A DNA stretch of 63,084 nucleotides from Acidimicrobiaceae bacterium (GCA_003140595.1 PLKG01000132.1:271-63354), one strand, 5' to 3'. Shown: positions 18,687 to 30,478, counted from the stretch's first letter. Program-made: numbers and translations. The notes: generated by a model from the sequence alone, not told the origin.

Positions 18687-19523
18687 GTGGTTCGACCCGC
18701 CGACCTCCCTGTCACGCCGCCGCAGCGTCCCACCACGAGCCCGTCTCGTCACCTCCGTGCGCCGCGATGGCTCTCGGCGGTCTTGGGTTCTCGGCGCAAC
18801 GCCCGGAGCCTGGCGGAGGGTCCTACCCAGGAACACCATCACCGCGACATCCGTGGAGGAAGCGCTCGGGCCGCGGTGTTCGGCATCAGCGACGGCCTCG
18901 TGACCAATGTCTCCTTGATCCTCGGACTGTCGGGAGCGAATCCGCCTGCCGGAGTCGTGCGGCTCGCGGGTCTGGCGGGACTCTTGGGGGGTGCGTTCTC
19001 GATGGCCGCCGGGGAGTACATCTCGATGCGCGCGCAGACCGAATTGTTCGAGCGCGAGCTCGAGCGCGAGCGGCAGGAGATCCATCGGCGCCCGGAAGTG
19101 GAGCTTCAGGAGCTGGTGAAGATCTACGAGAGCCGCGGCATCTCGAAAGATCTCGCTACCCAGGTCGCCGAGCAGATGATGGCCGACCCGAAGATGGCGC
19201 TCGAGACCCACGCCCGCGAGGAGCTCGGGATCCACCCCGATTCACTGGGCCGGCCCGTGCAGGCGGCTCTCGCCTCCTTCGTGACCTTCAGCGTGGGCGC
19301 CGTGCTGCCTCTGATCCCGTTCCTCATAGGACATGGGACCAACGCTGTGCTCGCTTCGATCGTGATCGCGGCGATCGCCGCTGTGGTCGTGGGCTCGGCG
19401 CTCTCGCTCTTCACGGGGCGTTCATGGTGGTGGTCGGCCTTCCGCCAGCTAGCGATCTGTGCGGCCGCGGGAGCTGTCACCTACGGCGTCGGCGCACTGG
19501 TCGGCCTCAGCGGTGTGCACTGA
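18687..19523 (+). CDS. VIT1/CCC1 family Fe/Mn transporter
   Basis: RAAVFGISDGLV, SMAAGEYIS, HAREELG; start uncertain. Confidence 0.85.
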   Translation: MVRPADLPVTPPQRPTTSPSRHLRAPRWLSAVLGSRRNARSLAEGPTQEHHHRDIRGGSARAAVFGISDGLVTNVSLILGLSGANPPAGVVRLAGLAGLLGGAFSMAAGEYISMRAQTELFERELERERQEIHRRPEVELQELVKIYESRGISKDLATQVAEQMMADPKMALETHAREELGIHPDSLGRPVQAALASFVTFSVGAVLPLIPFLIGHGTNAVLASIVIAAIAAVVVGSALSLFTGRSWWWSAFRQLAICAAAGAVTYGVGALVGLSGVH

Positions 19524-20116
19524 TGGACGACAAGACCTCAGGCTCCGAGGCGCCGGAACCCTCCGGAGCCCGGGCTAAAGGGCCGTCGAGAGTGACAAAG
19601 GACGTCTATGTCGTGCGTCACGGTCACGCGCTGCCTCGCGACTACTGGTCGGGCCCTGACGAGGACCGTCCCCTGACCGATCGCGGCCGGAAGGAAGCCG
19701 AGGCTCTGGCCGGTCGTTTCGACACCCGACCGCTTGGCTCGCGGTCAGGAAAGTCTGGAGTCAGCGACCTCGAGCCCAGGCCCACGGTGCTCCTGTCGAG
19801 TGGTGCCGAACGGTGCCTCGCAACTCTCGCGCCTCTCGCTGTTGCGTGCGGGTTGGCTGTGGAGACTGCCGGATACCTCGCAGAGGGATCCGACGCGGGC
19901 GAGGTTCTCGTTCGGGCAAGAGAGCTGGCAGCCGGCGGCGCGGTTCCGGTGCTCTGCACACATGGGGACGTCATCTGGTGGATCATCGAGCTGCTTGAAA
20001 AGGGGGGCGCGTTCCTCCCCGGACCCGTGGACGTGAAGAAGGGGTCGATCTGGGTTCTCGAGACCGACGCGGGTGCCATCGGATCGGCCAGGTACATCCC
20101 CCCGGCCAAGGTGTAG
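19523..20116 (+). CDS. Histidine phosphatase (SixA-like)
   Basis: VVRHGHA, RPLTDRG, CTHGDVI, KKGSIW; TGATG coupling to VIT1. Confidence 0.8.
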   Translation: MDDKTSGSEAPEPSGARAKGPSRVTKDVYVVRHGHALPRDYWSGPDEDRPLTDRGRKEAEALAGRFDTRPLGSRSGKSGVSDLEPRPTVLLSSGAERCLATLAPLAVACGLAVETAGYLAEGSDAGEVLVRARELAAGGAVPVLCTHGDVIWWIIELLEKGGAFLPGPVDVKKGSIWVLETDAGAIGSARYIPPAKV

Positions 20117-20127
20117 GTTCCCGCCCA

Positions 20128-20844
20128 GTGACCGATCAGCGCGACACAGAGCAGACGGCCGGACGCCTCCCCGGGCGGGCATCAGGAGTGTTGGCCCTCG
20201 TCGGTGGCGGAGAGTGGCAACCGGGCACCGAGTACGACGCGGACCTGCTGGAACACTCTGGAGCCGACGAAGTGCTGGTGCTACCCACCGCCGCGGCATA
20301 TCAGCATCCGGACCGGGCGGTGGCGACAGCCGAGAAGTGGTTCTCGTCGCTCGGCTCGCGGGCCCGTGGGCTGATGGTGCTGCGTCACGCGGATGCCAAC
20401 AAGGAGACCAACGCGGCCGCCGTGAGAGAGGCGCGGTTCATCTACCTCTCCGGTGGCTCACCCCTCCACCTGCTCTCGGTCCTCAAGGGATCGCTCGTGT
20501 TCGAGGCCCTCGCGGCCGCCCTTTCCGCGGGGGCCGTCGTTGCCGGCTCGTCGGCCGGGGCGATGGTGCTCGTCGATCCGATGGTCGACCCGCGTGGCGG
20601 GGCGTTCACCGTCGGACTAGGTCTCGTCGAGCACCTCGCCGTTGTGCCCCACCATGACTCGGGTACCTCGCACCACTTCTGGCGGACGCTCGAGCTCGCC
20701 CCTGCGGGTCTGCCGATCGCCGGCATCCCGGAGCGCACTGCGCTCATCAGGGATCCGGACGGCTCATGGCGATCGGCGGGTGAAGGACGGGTCACCGTCT
20801 ATCTCGACGGGACAGAAGTCGGCCTCGAGGCTTTGCCCCACTGA
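20128..20844 (+). CDS. Peptidase S51 family (cyanophycinase/PepE-like)
   Basis: LVGGGE, LPTAA, YLSGG, GSSAGA, VVPH. Confidence 0.75.
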   Translation: MTDQRDTEQTAGRLPGRASGVLALVGGGEWQPGTEYDADLLEHSGADEVLVLPTAAAYQHPDRAVATAEKWFSSLGSRARGLMVLRHADANKETNAAAVREARFIYLSGGSPLHLLSVLKGSLVFEALAAALSAGAVVAGSSAGAMVLVDPMVDPRGGAFTVGLGLVEHLAVVPHHDSGTSHHFWRTLELAPAGLPIAGIPERTALIRDPDGSWRSAGEGRVTVYLDGTEVGLEALPH

Positions 20845-20871
20845 CACCGCCGTCGGGCGGCGGTGGCGTAC

Positions 20872-21426
20872 TCAGTCCAGCTCGGCGATGGTGACCGACT
20901 CGATGAGGACCTTCTCTTTGGGAGCACCCGAGCGGGTACCGATCGAGTCGATCGCCGCGACGATGTCCCGCCCCGAGACCAGCTGACCGAACAACGAGTA
21001 CAGCGGCGGCAGACGCATCCCGTCGGGTCCCGAGATGACGAAGAACTGGCTCCCGTTCGTGTCCTTGCCCGCATTGGCCATCGCGAGCGAGCCGAGCTCA
21101 TAGCGCCCGGGCTTGGGCAGCTCGTCCTCGAAGCGGTAGCCGGGCCCGCCCGCGCCGGTCCCCTCCGGATCGCCGCCCTGTAGCACGAAACCGGGAATGA
21201 TCCTGTGGAAGGCGATCCCGTCGAAGTAGTGGTAGCGCGCAAGGAACACGAAGTTGTTCACCGTTCTCGGAGCGCTCACCGCATCGAGAGCGAAGATCAT
21301 CGTGCCTTTGGATGTGACCATCTCGACGGTGTAGCGCTTCGAAAGGTCGATGCACATCGGTGGCGGGGCGTCGAAGCGTTGGGTCTTCGGCGCAGATCCG
21401 TCGGCAGGCGGGCACTCGCTCGGCAT
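20872..21426 (-). CDS. Cyclophilin-type peptidyl-prolyl isomerase
   Basis: FHRIIPGFVLQGGDP, AMANAG, NGSQFF. Confidence 0.9.
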   Translation of the reverse strand: MPSECPPADGSAPKTQRFDAPPPMCIDLSKRYTVEMVTSKGTMIFALDAVSAPRTVNNFVFLARYHYFDGIAFHRIIPGFVLQGGDPEGTGAGGPGYRFEDELPKPGRYELGSLAMANAGKDTNGSQFFVISGPDGMRLPPLYSLFGQLVSGRDIVAAIDSIGTRSGAPKEKVLIESVTIAELD

Positions 21427-21465
21427 TGTGGGAACTCCGTTTCTTGTCGTCGACAGACGGCCGGC

Positions 21466-22371
21466 TCAGCCGGAGACCTGCTTCATGCTGACGCTGAGAA
21501 GGTAGACCTTGACCGCCGGGGTGCCGGAGCTGGACCCGTCTGCTCCGATCTTCTCGACGACATTCATGCCCGACACGACGTGGCCGAAATTGGTGTAGTT
21601 GGGCTCGGTGTTGAGAGTGGTCTGGCCACCCGGCAGCACGAAGAAGAACTGGCTCTCGTCAGTGGAAGGCCCGCTCGAGTTGGCGAGCGCGAGATCGCCG
21701 GGTTGATAACAGCCCGAAAGGCTCGGCGTTTTCTTACAGGCCGCCGGAGGCGTGTTGCCGGTGAACTCGTAACCGGGATAGCCGTATTTCATCGGACCCG
21801 CCTGGCCTGTGGCTCCCCCGGTGCCGGTACCGGTCGGGTCTCCACCCTGCACGACAAAGCCGGGGATGACCCTGTGGAACAAGGTGCCGTTGTAGAAGTC
21901 GTAGCGGGCGAGGAAAACGAAGTTGTTGACCGCCGCGAAGGACGCGGCTGCCGGCATCTGCACAACGATGTCACCGAGACTCGTCTTGAAGGTGGCGTCC
22001 CAGACCGAGGTCGCGGAGATGCACGACGACGGCGCGGCGGTGAACAGGACAACGCGCTTGGTCGATCCGGTCGCGGGCGGGCATGTCGGCGCCACGGCCG
22101 CCGTGGTCAGCGGCTGGGTCGTCGGCGTCGCGAAGGTCGTGGACGTGATGGTTGTCGATGTCGTGGCCGTGGTGGTGGTGGTCGTCGTCGGCTTGTTGGC
22201 CGCCTTGTTGGCCGAACTGTTCACGAGCAGCACGATGCCGACGATGACAAGGGCGAGGATCACACCCCCAGTTCCACGCCTCAAGTTGCGGCGCCGCTTC
22301 CGGCCTTTCTGGATGACGGCTTGCTTTTGTTCACGAGCGGCTCGCTGCCGCGCTCTCTTCTCGGTAGGCAC
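21466..22371 (-). CDS. Membrane-anchored cyclophilin PPIase with a Thr-rich linker
   Basis: Basic N-terminus, TM segment, poly-Thr, FHRVIPGFVVQGGDP, SQFF. Confidence 0.85.
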   Translation of the reverse strand: MPTEKRARQRAAREQKQAVIQKGRKRRRNLRRGTGGVILALVIVGIVLLVNSSANKAANKPTTTTTTTATTSTTITSTTFATPTTQPLTTAAVAPTCPPATGSTKRVVLFTAAPSSCISATSVWDATFKTSLGDIVVQMPAAASFAAVNNFVFLARYDFYNGTLFHRVIPGFVVQGGDPTGTGTGGATGQAGPMKYGYPGYEFTGNTPPAACKKTPSLSGCYQPGDLALANSSGPSTDESQFFFVLPGGQTTLNTEPNYTNFGHVVSGMNVVEKIGADGSSSGTPAVKVYLLSVSMKQVSG

Positions 22372-22505
22372 GGATCGACAGGCTACTTAACCTGCAGGGC
22401 AAAGCGCATACGCGGGCCTGTGAGACGGAGAATCGCACCTACGGCGGGCGGGCTCGGAGGCCGGCTCGCTCGCCCGGGGACCCTGCACGGCGGTAGGTTG
22501 GCGGC

Positions 22506-23723
22506 GTGACCCTAGTTGTCCAGAAGTACGGCGGGACCTCGGTCGGCGACGCAGACCGTATTCGTGCGGTGGCGGACCACATCGCCCGCACGCGCCGTAC
22601 CGGCACCAGCGTGATAGTCGTGGTCAGTGCCATGGGCAAGACCACCGACGGACTGATCCGGCTCGCCGAAGACGTGAGCCGGGTGCGCCCGGGCCGTGAG
22701 CTCGACATGCTGTTGACCGCAGGCGAGCGGATCTCGATGTCCCTGTTGTGCATGGCCTTGGCCGAGCTCGGCGTGCCCGCCGCCTCGTTCACGGGCAGCC
22801 AGGCGGGCATCATCACCGACACCACCCACACCAAGGCGCGGATCTTGGAGGTGAAAGGTGACCGCCTTCGCGAGGCGCTGGCTCAGGGCGTCGTCCCGGT
22901 CGTGGCCGGCTTCCAGGGAGTCTCGAGCACGCGGGACGTGACAACCCTCGGTCGGGGCGGGTCCGACACGACAGCGGTCGCACTCGCGGCTGCGCTCAAG
23001 GCGGACGTGTGCGAGATCTACACCGACGTCTCGGGAGTGTTCACCACCGATCCCCGCGTGGTGCCGACGGCCCACCGGATACCGAGGATCTCCTTCGAGG
23101 AGATGCTCGAGATCGCGGCGACGGGCGGGAGGGTACTGGCGCTGCGGTCTGTCGAGTTCGCCCGCAACCACCACGTGACCCTTCACGTGCGGTCGAGCTT
23201 CACCTGGGAACCCGGGACCGTCGTCAGCGAGGAGGACTCTTCCATGGAACAACCCATCGTCTCGGCGGTGACCAGCGACTCTACCGAGGCCAAGATCACC
23301 ATCACCGGCGTCCCGGACCAACCGGGCATCGCCGCGTCGGTGTTCAGGGGGCTTGCCGACAGGGCGATCAACGTCGACGTGATCGTTCAGAACACATCAC
23401 ACCACGGCACGACGGACATCTCCTTCACCGTCCCCCGCGCGGACCTCGAGGGCAGTCTCGAAGTGGCCGAGCAGCTCGTCCCCCAACTCGGGGCGGTATC
23501 GGTGATCGCAGACGACGACGTCGCGACGGTCTCTCTCGTCGGTGCTGGTATGAGGACCCATCCGGGAGTCACCGCCACGATGTTCGAGACACTCGCGGCT
23601 GCCGGCATCAACATCGAGATGATCTCGACCTCTCCGATCCGGATCTCGTGCCTGGTGCGGGCCGAGCATGCCGAGCGGGCGGTCCAGGTCCTCCACGCGG
23701 CGTTCGAACTGAGCGGCCAGTAG
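22506..23723 (+). CDS. lysC: Aspartate kinase
   Basis: [23 protein letters not shown], two ACT domains; TAGGTT-N6-GTG leaderless start. Confidence 0.95.
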   Translation: MTLVVQKYGGTSVGDADRIRAVADHIARTRRTGTSVIVVVSAMGKTTDGLIRLAEDVSRVRPGRELDMLLTAGERISMSLLCMALAELGVPAASFTGSQAGIITDTTHTKARILEVKGDRLREALAQGVVPVVAGFQGVSSTRDVTTLGRGGSDTTAVALAAALKADVCEIYTDVSGVFTTDPRVVPTAHRIPRISFEEMLEIAATGGRVLALRSVEFARNHHVTLHVRSSFTWEPGTVVSEEDSSMEQPIVSAVTSDSTEAKITITGVPDQPGIAASVFRGLADRAINVDVIVQNTSHHGTTDISFTVPRADLEGSLEVAEQLVPQLGAVSVIADDDVATVSLVGAGMRTHPGVTATMFETLAAAGINIEMISTSPIRISCLVRAEHAERAVQVLHAAFELSGQ

Positions 23724-23774
23724 CGGCACCGGTAGTCGCCGGGCCGAAACTTTTCCGCCACGGGTCGTCACTAA

Positions 23775-24803
<1,029 letters not shown>

Positions 24804-24810
24804 GGCGGTG

Positions 24811-25389
24811 TCAGTTCAGTTTCGCGAGATAGGGGCTGAGCAGTTTCTCGATCTGCTTCGAGGCGATGTCCACCTCGATGTTCACCTTGTCACCGGGCAC
24901 GACGCGTCCGAGCGTCGTCACCTGCGAGGTATGGGGGATCACCGCGACGGAAAAGCTGTCGTCGTCGATGTCGAAGATCGTGAGGCTCACGCCGTCGACG
25001 GCGATTGAGCCTTTCTCCACGCAGTAGCGGATCAGGTCCCGGTCTATGCGGACCCTGAGATCGGGCGCCGCGGCGGTCACTTCCCCGATACCGTCGATGT
25101 GACCCTGCACGACGTGCCCACCGAGACGGTCGCTAAGGCGCACGGGTCGCTCTAGGTTCACCGCGTCACCAGGCTTCAGGTAGGCAAAGGTCGTCCGGCT
25201 CACGGTCTCGGGCGAGGCCTGGGTCTCCCAGGTCTCAGGGCTTAAGGCGACGACTGTCATGCAGCACCCGTTCACCGCGATGGAGTCGCCGACCTTGGCG
25301 CCTTGCAACACGAGCGACGCGCGGATCGTGTACCGGTCGCCGTCATGGCCGACGTAGGTACCCAGCTCTTCAATAATCCCGGTGAACAC
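24811..25389 (-). CDS. ribE: Riboflavin synthase (alpha chain)
   Basis: MFTGIIEE, GGHVVQGHIDG, KGSIAVDGVSLT. Confidence 0.95.
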   Translation of the reverse strand: MFTGIIEELGTYVGHDGDRYTIRASLVLQGAKVGDSIAVNGCCMTVVALSPETWETQASPETVSRTTFAYLKPGDAVNLERPVRLSDRLGGHVVQGHIDGIGEVTAAAPDLRVRIDRDLIRYCVEKGSIAVDGVSLTIFDIDDDSFSVAVIPHTSQVTTLGRVVPGDKVNIEVDIASKQIEKLLSPYLAKLN

Positions 25390-25416
25390 GTTTTCGAGCG
25401 TACCAACCCGCCGTTG

Positions 25417-26175
25417 TCACTGACGGGCGAGGAGTATGCAACCGACCGTCACGCCAAAGCCGAGAACGACGACCCTCAGCAGGATCGGGCTCAATCGGCG
25501 GGCAAAGCCGCCACCGAGACGACCGCCGGCGAGGCTGGCGACGGCCATGACAGCGACCGCGGTCCACGCGACGGGACCGAACACGCCGTAGGCGACAAGG
25601 GCCACCGAGTTGATCACGACCGAAAGGACCTGTTTCAGGCCGTTCAGCTTCTGCAGGCTGTCGGGGATCGCCAAGGCGAGCATCGCCAGGAGCACGATGC
25701 CGAGCCCGGCCCCGAAGTAGGCGCCGTAGACCGCGCCGAAAAACACCCCGAGGTGAAGACCTGTTGAGCGGTGCTCCTTGGACTGTGACCTCCGCTTCTG
25801 AAGTGCGCGGGTGGCGAGCGGTTGGAGGGCGAAAAGGGCGCACGCGAGGAGGATCAGCCAGGGCACAGCCTGTTTGAAGACACTCGCCGGCGTGGTGAGC
25901 AACAACACCGAGCCTGCGAGGCCACCGAGGACACAGGTTGCGCTAAGCACGAGCGCGCGGGATCGCTGGCCCTCGATCTCGTGGCGGTACGCGACCGAGC
26001 TGCCCACATAGCCCGGCCAGAGTGCGACCGTGTTGGTCATGTTCGCAGTGACACCTGGATAGCCCACGGCGAGCAGAGCCGGGAAGGATATGAGCGAGCC
26101 GCCCCCGGCAACGCTGTTCACCGCACCCCCGAGAAAGCCGGCTACGCCGAGAACGATCCCCTGCTCGGGTGTCAA
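25417..26175 (-). CDS. TauE/SafE (TSUP) family permease
   Basis: NSVAGGGSLISFP, YGAYFGAGLG. Confidence 0.85.
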   Translation of the reverse strand: MTPEQGIVLGVAGFLGGAVNSVAGGGSLISFPALLAVGYPGVTANMTNTVALWPGYVGSSVAYRHEIEGQRSRALVLSATCVLGGLAGSVLLLTTPASVFKQAVPWLILLACALFALQPLATRALQKRRSQSKEHRSTGLHLGVFFGAVYGAYFGAGLGIVLLAMLALAIPDSLQKLNGLKQVLSVVINSVALVAYGVFGPVAWTAVAVMAVASLAGGRLGGGFARRLSPILLRVVVLGFGVTVGCILLARQ

Positions 26176-27356
26176 TCGGTTACCGCACTAGGCCAATGTT
26201 CGTCGCGGACCTCGGCGAGGTACGAAGCATGGTTGCGCCTGAGCTCAGAGACGCTGTCGCCCCCGAACTTGCGAAGCGCCTCGGAGGCCAGCACGAGGGC
26301 AAGCATCGTCTCCGCGACGACGCCCATGGCTGGCACCGCGGTGACGTCGGTGCGTTCCTTGAAAGACACGGTCTCGGCTTTGGTGAGGACGTCGACGGTC
26401 TTGAGCACCGGGCGGTTCAAACTGGCGAGCGGCTTCATGGCTGCGCCGACGAGGAGAAGGCCCCCCGTGGACATGCCGCCCTCGATGCCGCCGGCCAAAG
26501 ACGTCTCCCTCTTGTACTCGCGAGTGTCCGGGTCGAAGAAGATCGAGTCGTGGCCTGATGATCCCCGGCGGCGGGCGACGTCGAGGCCTTCGCCGATCCA
26601 GACCGCTTTCACGGCCTGGATGCTCATCACCGCCTGGGCGATGAGGCCGTCGAGTTTGCGGTCCCAGTGGACATGGCTCCCGAGGCCAACCGGGACGCCG
26701 TAGGCGACGATTTCGACGGTGCCTCCGAGGGAGTCGCCCTGCTTGGCGGCATCCTTGATCTCAGCGATCATGGCCGCCTCGGCCGATGGATCCAGGCACC
26801 GCACCGGCGACGCGTCCACCGTCGGAAGCTCGCCTGGCAGGGGGCGAACCCCCGCCGGGGTGTCCGCGCCGCCGATCTGGACGACATGGCTCAAGATCGC
26901 GACTCCGATCTGGGCCAGGAGAGCCTTTGCACATGAACCGGCCGCCACTCGAGCAGCCGTCTCCCGGGCAGAAGCGCGCTCGAGCACGTCACGGGCGTCG
27001 TCAAATCCGTACTTCTGCATGCCGGCAAGATCCGCGTGGCCAGGCCTCGGCTGTGTGAGCCGGCGCGAGGGATGCCCGGGCTCGGGGGACATCTCCGCCT
27101 CCCACTTGGGCCACTCGGCATTCGCGATCTCGATCGCGACCGGCGACCCCAGTGTCCGTCCATGGCGGACGCCACCGAGAATGGCGATCTCGTCGGTCTC
27201 GAAGCGCTGGCGGGGCCCTCGCCCGAAGCCGATCCTGCGGCGGGCAAGCTCGCCAGCGATCTCGTCCACAGCGATCGGTAGCCCGGCGGGAAGTCCCTCG
27301 ATCACAGCAACGAGCGCACGCCCGTGGGACTCGCCCGCGGTCAGAAGGCGCAGCAC
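26172..27356 (-). CDS. aroC: Chorismate synthase
   Basis: TAGESHG, RPGHAD, ERASARETAARVA, MKP. Confidence 0.95.
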   Translation of the reverse strand: MLRLLTAGESHGRALVAVIEGLPAGLPIAVDEIAGELARRRIGFGRGPRQRFETDEIAILGGVRHGRTLGSPVAIEIANAEWPKWEAEMSPEPGHPSRRLTQPRPGHADLAGMQKYGFDDARDVLERASARETAARVAAGSCAKALLAQIGVAILSHVVQIGGADTPAGVRPLPGELPTVDASPVRCLDPSAEAAMIAEIKDAAKQGDSLGGTVEIVAYGVPVGLGSHVHWDRKLDGLIAQAVMSIQAVKAVWIGEGLDVARRRGSSGHDSIFFDPDTREYKRETSLAGGIEGGMSTGGLLLVGAAMKPLASLNRPVLKTVDVLTKAETVSFKERTDVTAVPAMGVVAETMLALVLASEALRKFGGDSVSELRRNHASYLAEVRDEHWPSAVTD

Positions 27357-27360
27357 GTGC

Positions 27361-28077
27361 CTAGCCTAGGCCGGGTCCGGAGCACTCATCGGTCCTGGTC
27401 GCAATGGCTGACTCCACCGGCATCGAGGTTTCGGCTCGGGATCTGGCGCCAAGCTCGGGACGGCGCCCGTTGCCCGGGACTTCGCCGAGATTAAGCGCCC
27501 TCCACGTCCCGGTCGGGCTCGACACCAGCCGCGACCATGAGCCCGTCGGAAACTCGGCGGTGGCAAGGTTCACCGCTTTGAGGAGCCTCGGGAGCAGCGC
27601 CTGGATGACGGCGTCGTGGGTGACGAGCGCCACGGCCGCGTCCTGCTCTGGAGGCCGACCGGCCTGTGCGACGGCGGTGTCTCGGGCCGCGACCAGATCG
27701 AGAAAGGCAGCCTCGGCCCTCGCCGCGACAAGTTGCGGCGCTTCAACGCCCGGAGCGGCGTCGATCGACCCAAAACGCCTCTTCACCTCCTCGAACCGGT
27801 GACCCGACCACTCGCCGTAGAAGCGGTCCCGCAGGCGGTCCTCGATCTCGAGGGGTGCTCCCGTGCTCTGGGCCACCGGGCGTGCGGTGTCGACCGCACG
27901 CCGGAGCGGGCTGGAGGCGATCGCGCCGAGCCGCACGCCGGAGAACAGCTCGCCGAGCGCCGAGGCCTCGGCCTCACCGGTATCGTCGAGCGGAACATCG
28001 AGCTGTCCCCGGAGAACACCCGCGGCATTGAGCGCCGTCTCGCCGTGCCGGATGAGGAATACGTAGAGCGCCGTCAC
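27361..28077 (-). CDS. Histidine phosphatase / phosphoglycerate mutase family
   Basis: LIRHGET, SSPLRRA, VTHD; start placed at GTG 28077. Confidence 0.8.
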   Translation of the reverse strand: MTALYVFLIRHGETALNAAGVLRGQLDVPLDDTGEAEASALGELFSGVRLGAIASSPLRRAVDTARPVAQSTGAPLEIEDRLRDRFYGEWSGHRFEEVKRRFGSIDAAPGVEAPQLVAARAEAAFLDLVAARDTAVAQAGRPPEQDAAVALVTHDAVIQALLPRLLKAVNLATAEFPTGSWSRLVSSPTGTWRALNLGEVPGNGRRPELGARSRAETSMPVESAIATRTDECSGPGLG

Positions 28078-28232
28078 GAAAAGACACCGTACGGCACCAC
28101 AGGCGAACTTTGGACCCATCCTCAGCGCCTCGTTGAAGGCATCTGCACCCGACGCAGGCCGGCTCCCATAACTAGTGTTCGAGATCGTTGGCCGACGGGA
28201 CCGTTTGCAACCTCGGGCTTGAAGGAGGGCAG

Positions 28233-28670
28233 TTGTCGAGCTTCCACCGGATTCTCGTGGGGTGGGACGGGTCGCGAGACGCCCGCCAAGCTTTTCGCAC
28301 CGCAGTTCACCTCGCAGAGGAACTCGGGGCTGAGGTGGTCGTGCTCGCCGTCCTGAAGCGTCGCTCGCGGGCCGAGGCGGCCGACGAGGTCGCCGAGGAA
28401 ATGGCCGAACGCCGTCGTGAGGTCGTTGCCGAGATGGAAGCACAAGCGCACCATGACGCCGTGTCCACCGCAGTCCGTATCCGTCAGGAGGTGATCGAGG
28501 CAGATCAGACGACTCCGGCGTTCGACGCGTACGTGCGCGAGCACGGCTTCGACCTCGTCGTCGTCGGGAGACACGGGGTCGATCGCGCGGTGCACCCGCG
28601 TATCGGCGGGGTGAGCGAGCACCAGGTCCTCCGCGGAAGTTGTCCGGTGATGGTGGTCGGCTCGAGCTGA
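28233..28670 (+). CDS. Universal stress protein
   Basis: ILVGWDGS, DLVVVGRHG, IGGVS, CPVMVV; AAGGAGG precedes TTG 28233 (ORF track start 28188). Confidence 0.85.
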   Translation: MSSFHRILVGWDGSRDARQAFRTAVHLAEELGAEVVVLAVLKRRSRAEAADEVAEEMAERRREVVAEMEAQAHHDAVSTAVRIRQEVIEADQTTPAFDAYVREHGFDLVVVGRHGVDRAVHPRIGGVSEHQVLRGSCPVMVVGSS

Positions 28671-28711
28671 CGGTACCGTCGCTCAGCCCGAACGGCTTCG
28701 ATCGCCGAGTC

Positions 28712-30478
28712 TCACGATTGCCTTGACAGGACCGCCCGCACGTCCCTGATCGCCTCGCGGGCCGCCCCGTCCTCGGCGTGCCGGCGATCCTGCTCGGCCT
28801 CGGCCTCTTGACGCATCGCCATGGCCCTCCGGGCAGCCTCGGCGACCGAGGTCGCAGTACGGTCCATCTCCGCGGCCATCGCCTTCTCGAAGCGAATCCG
28901 CGCCGCGTCGAGTCGTCGTGCCAGGTCAGAACGTGCCCGTCCGGCATGCTTTTCAAGTTCGTCGCCGAGCCGGGCGAGAGCTTTCCGAACGACGATGCGC
29001 CGCGCCGCGCGCCTGGGCAGTAGCCACAAGATGAGCCGCACAACAGTGTCGCCCGGCGCCTCGACCCAAAGCACGAGGGAGAAGAACCGCTCTCTCTCTT
29101 CGCGTACTGCTCCCAGCCTCACCTGCGGCAGAAAGACCTCGAACAGGCCGGACGCGAGCCTTCGCAGCTCGTTGACCCGAACCTCTGTCTTAAGACGCAG
29201 GCGCTCGGCGACCTCCCGCCAGGCGGCGTCGACCACGTCGGTCTCCTCGGCGCGCACCGTCTCGAAGCCCTCGCCGATCGCCTGGGTGACGAGATGGTGC
29301 AGCTCGTTCTCCAGCCGCGAAAAGGGCACAGACTCAGCGAGGCTTTGCATTCTCGGCGCCCATTCGGCCTCGACCCGCCGGGCGACACGTGAGAGGTCGG
29401 ATGCCACACGCTCGCTCACGCCAGCAAGGTCGCGGGCAAACAGGAGTCGCTCGTCGGCGAAGGCTCGTCCCTCCTCAAAGGCGGCGAGGCGGAATCGCTC
29501 AGCCCGTTCGGCGATCGCGTCGACATCGAACTTGAGCGCTGCCTCCCCGAGGTCGAGTGCCTCCTCGAGGTCGCCGGCGAGGCGAGCGAGCTCGTGGCGC
29601 GCCGTCTCCAGTCCGGCTCGGGCCATGTCGGTTCTCACAAAGCGCGACAGCTCTTGCTCGAAATCCCCGAACTCGCCCGCTTCGACTCCGGGCTCCCTCC
29701 CAGACTGGCGGGCCTTAAGAGCGGGAAGCGCAGCCAGGCAGAAGAGCCGCACCGGCCGTCCTAGCTGCGCCGCGACGGCCGCGGAGACGAAACTTCGCAT
29801 CTGGTCAAGCTCGTCGAGGTTCAGATGATCGATCTTGTTGAGGACGAAGAACGTGGGCGATCCGCGCTCGGCCAGGCTCTCCGACAGAAGGCGCTCTCGC
29901 TCGGAGAACGGCGCGTCGGCGGACAGGACTACCACGGCCGCGTCCGTCTCCTTGAGTGCCAGGCCTGCGATCAGATCGCTGTGACCGTGGAGCGAACCGA
30001 CGCCCGGCGTGTCGACGAGCACGAGCCCCGATGCGAGAAGTGGAACCTCGCGCTGCACTTCGACTCTGGCGATCCGGCGCGTGTTGGCCGGGTTGGCGGA
30101 CTCAGTGACGAAGTCGGCAAGGTCCTCCTCGATTCGGAGAAGGCGGCGCGAACCGTCAGCTTGGACGATCGTCGTCCCGGGTGGGCCGAAAGAGATCTCG
30201 GTCGGGACCGCGGTCACCGGGACGACTCCGGTGGGCAACAACGCCTCGCCGACGAGCGCGTCGAGCAACGTCGACTTCCCGTGCTTGAACTCGCCCAGCA
30301 CCGAGACATGGAACCGGTGCTCCGCGAGGCGGGCGCCGACACGCGAGGCTCCACGCATCACCTCGCCATGGGCTGGCCCAGCTCCTTGTGCGAGAGTTGC
30401 ACAGGCCCTCTCAAGCTCGGCTCGGTCTTCGCCGAACTCCGGCATGACCGCTGCGGATCGGTTCGTCATCAGTGCCAT
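28712..30478 (-). CDS. Bacterial dynamin-like GTPase
   Basis: GEFKHGKST (G1), PVTAVPT (G2), DTPG (G3), NKID (G4), helical C-terminus; overlaps the upstream stop. Confidence 0.85.
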   Translation of the reverse strand: MALMTNRSAAVMPEFGEDRAELERACATLAQGAGPAHGEVMRGASRVGARLAEHRFHVSVLGEFKHGKSTLLDALVGEALLPTGVVPVTAVPTEISFGPPGTTIVQADGSRRLLRIEEDLADFVTESANPANTRRIARVEVQREVPLLASGLVLVDTPGVGSLHGHSDLIAGLALKETDAAVVVLSADAPFSERERLLSESLAERGSPTFFVLNKIDHLNLDELDQMRSFVSAAVAAQLGRPVRLFCLAALPALKARQSGREPGVEAGEFGDFEQELSRFVRTDMARAGLETARHELARLAGDLEEALDLGEAALKFDVDAIAERAERFRLAAFEEGRAFADERLLFARDLAGVSERVASDLSRVARRVEAEWAPRMQSLAESVPFSRLENELHHLVTQAIGEGFETVRAEETDVVDAAWREVAERLRLKTEVRVNELRRLASGLFEVFLPQVRLGAVREERERFFSLVLWVEAPGDTVVRLILWLLPRRAARRIVVRKALARLGDELEKHAGRARSDLARRLDAARIRFEKAMAAEMDRTATSVAEAARRAMAMRQEAEAEQDRRHAEDGAAREAIRDVRAVLSRQS

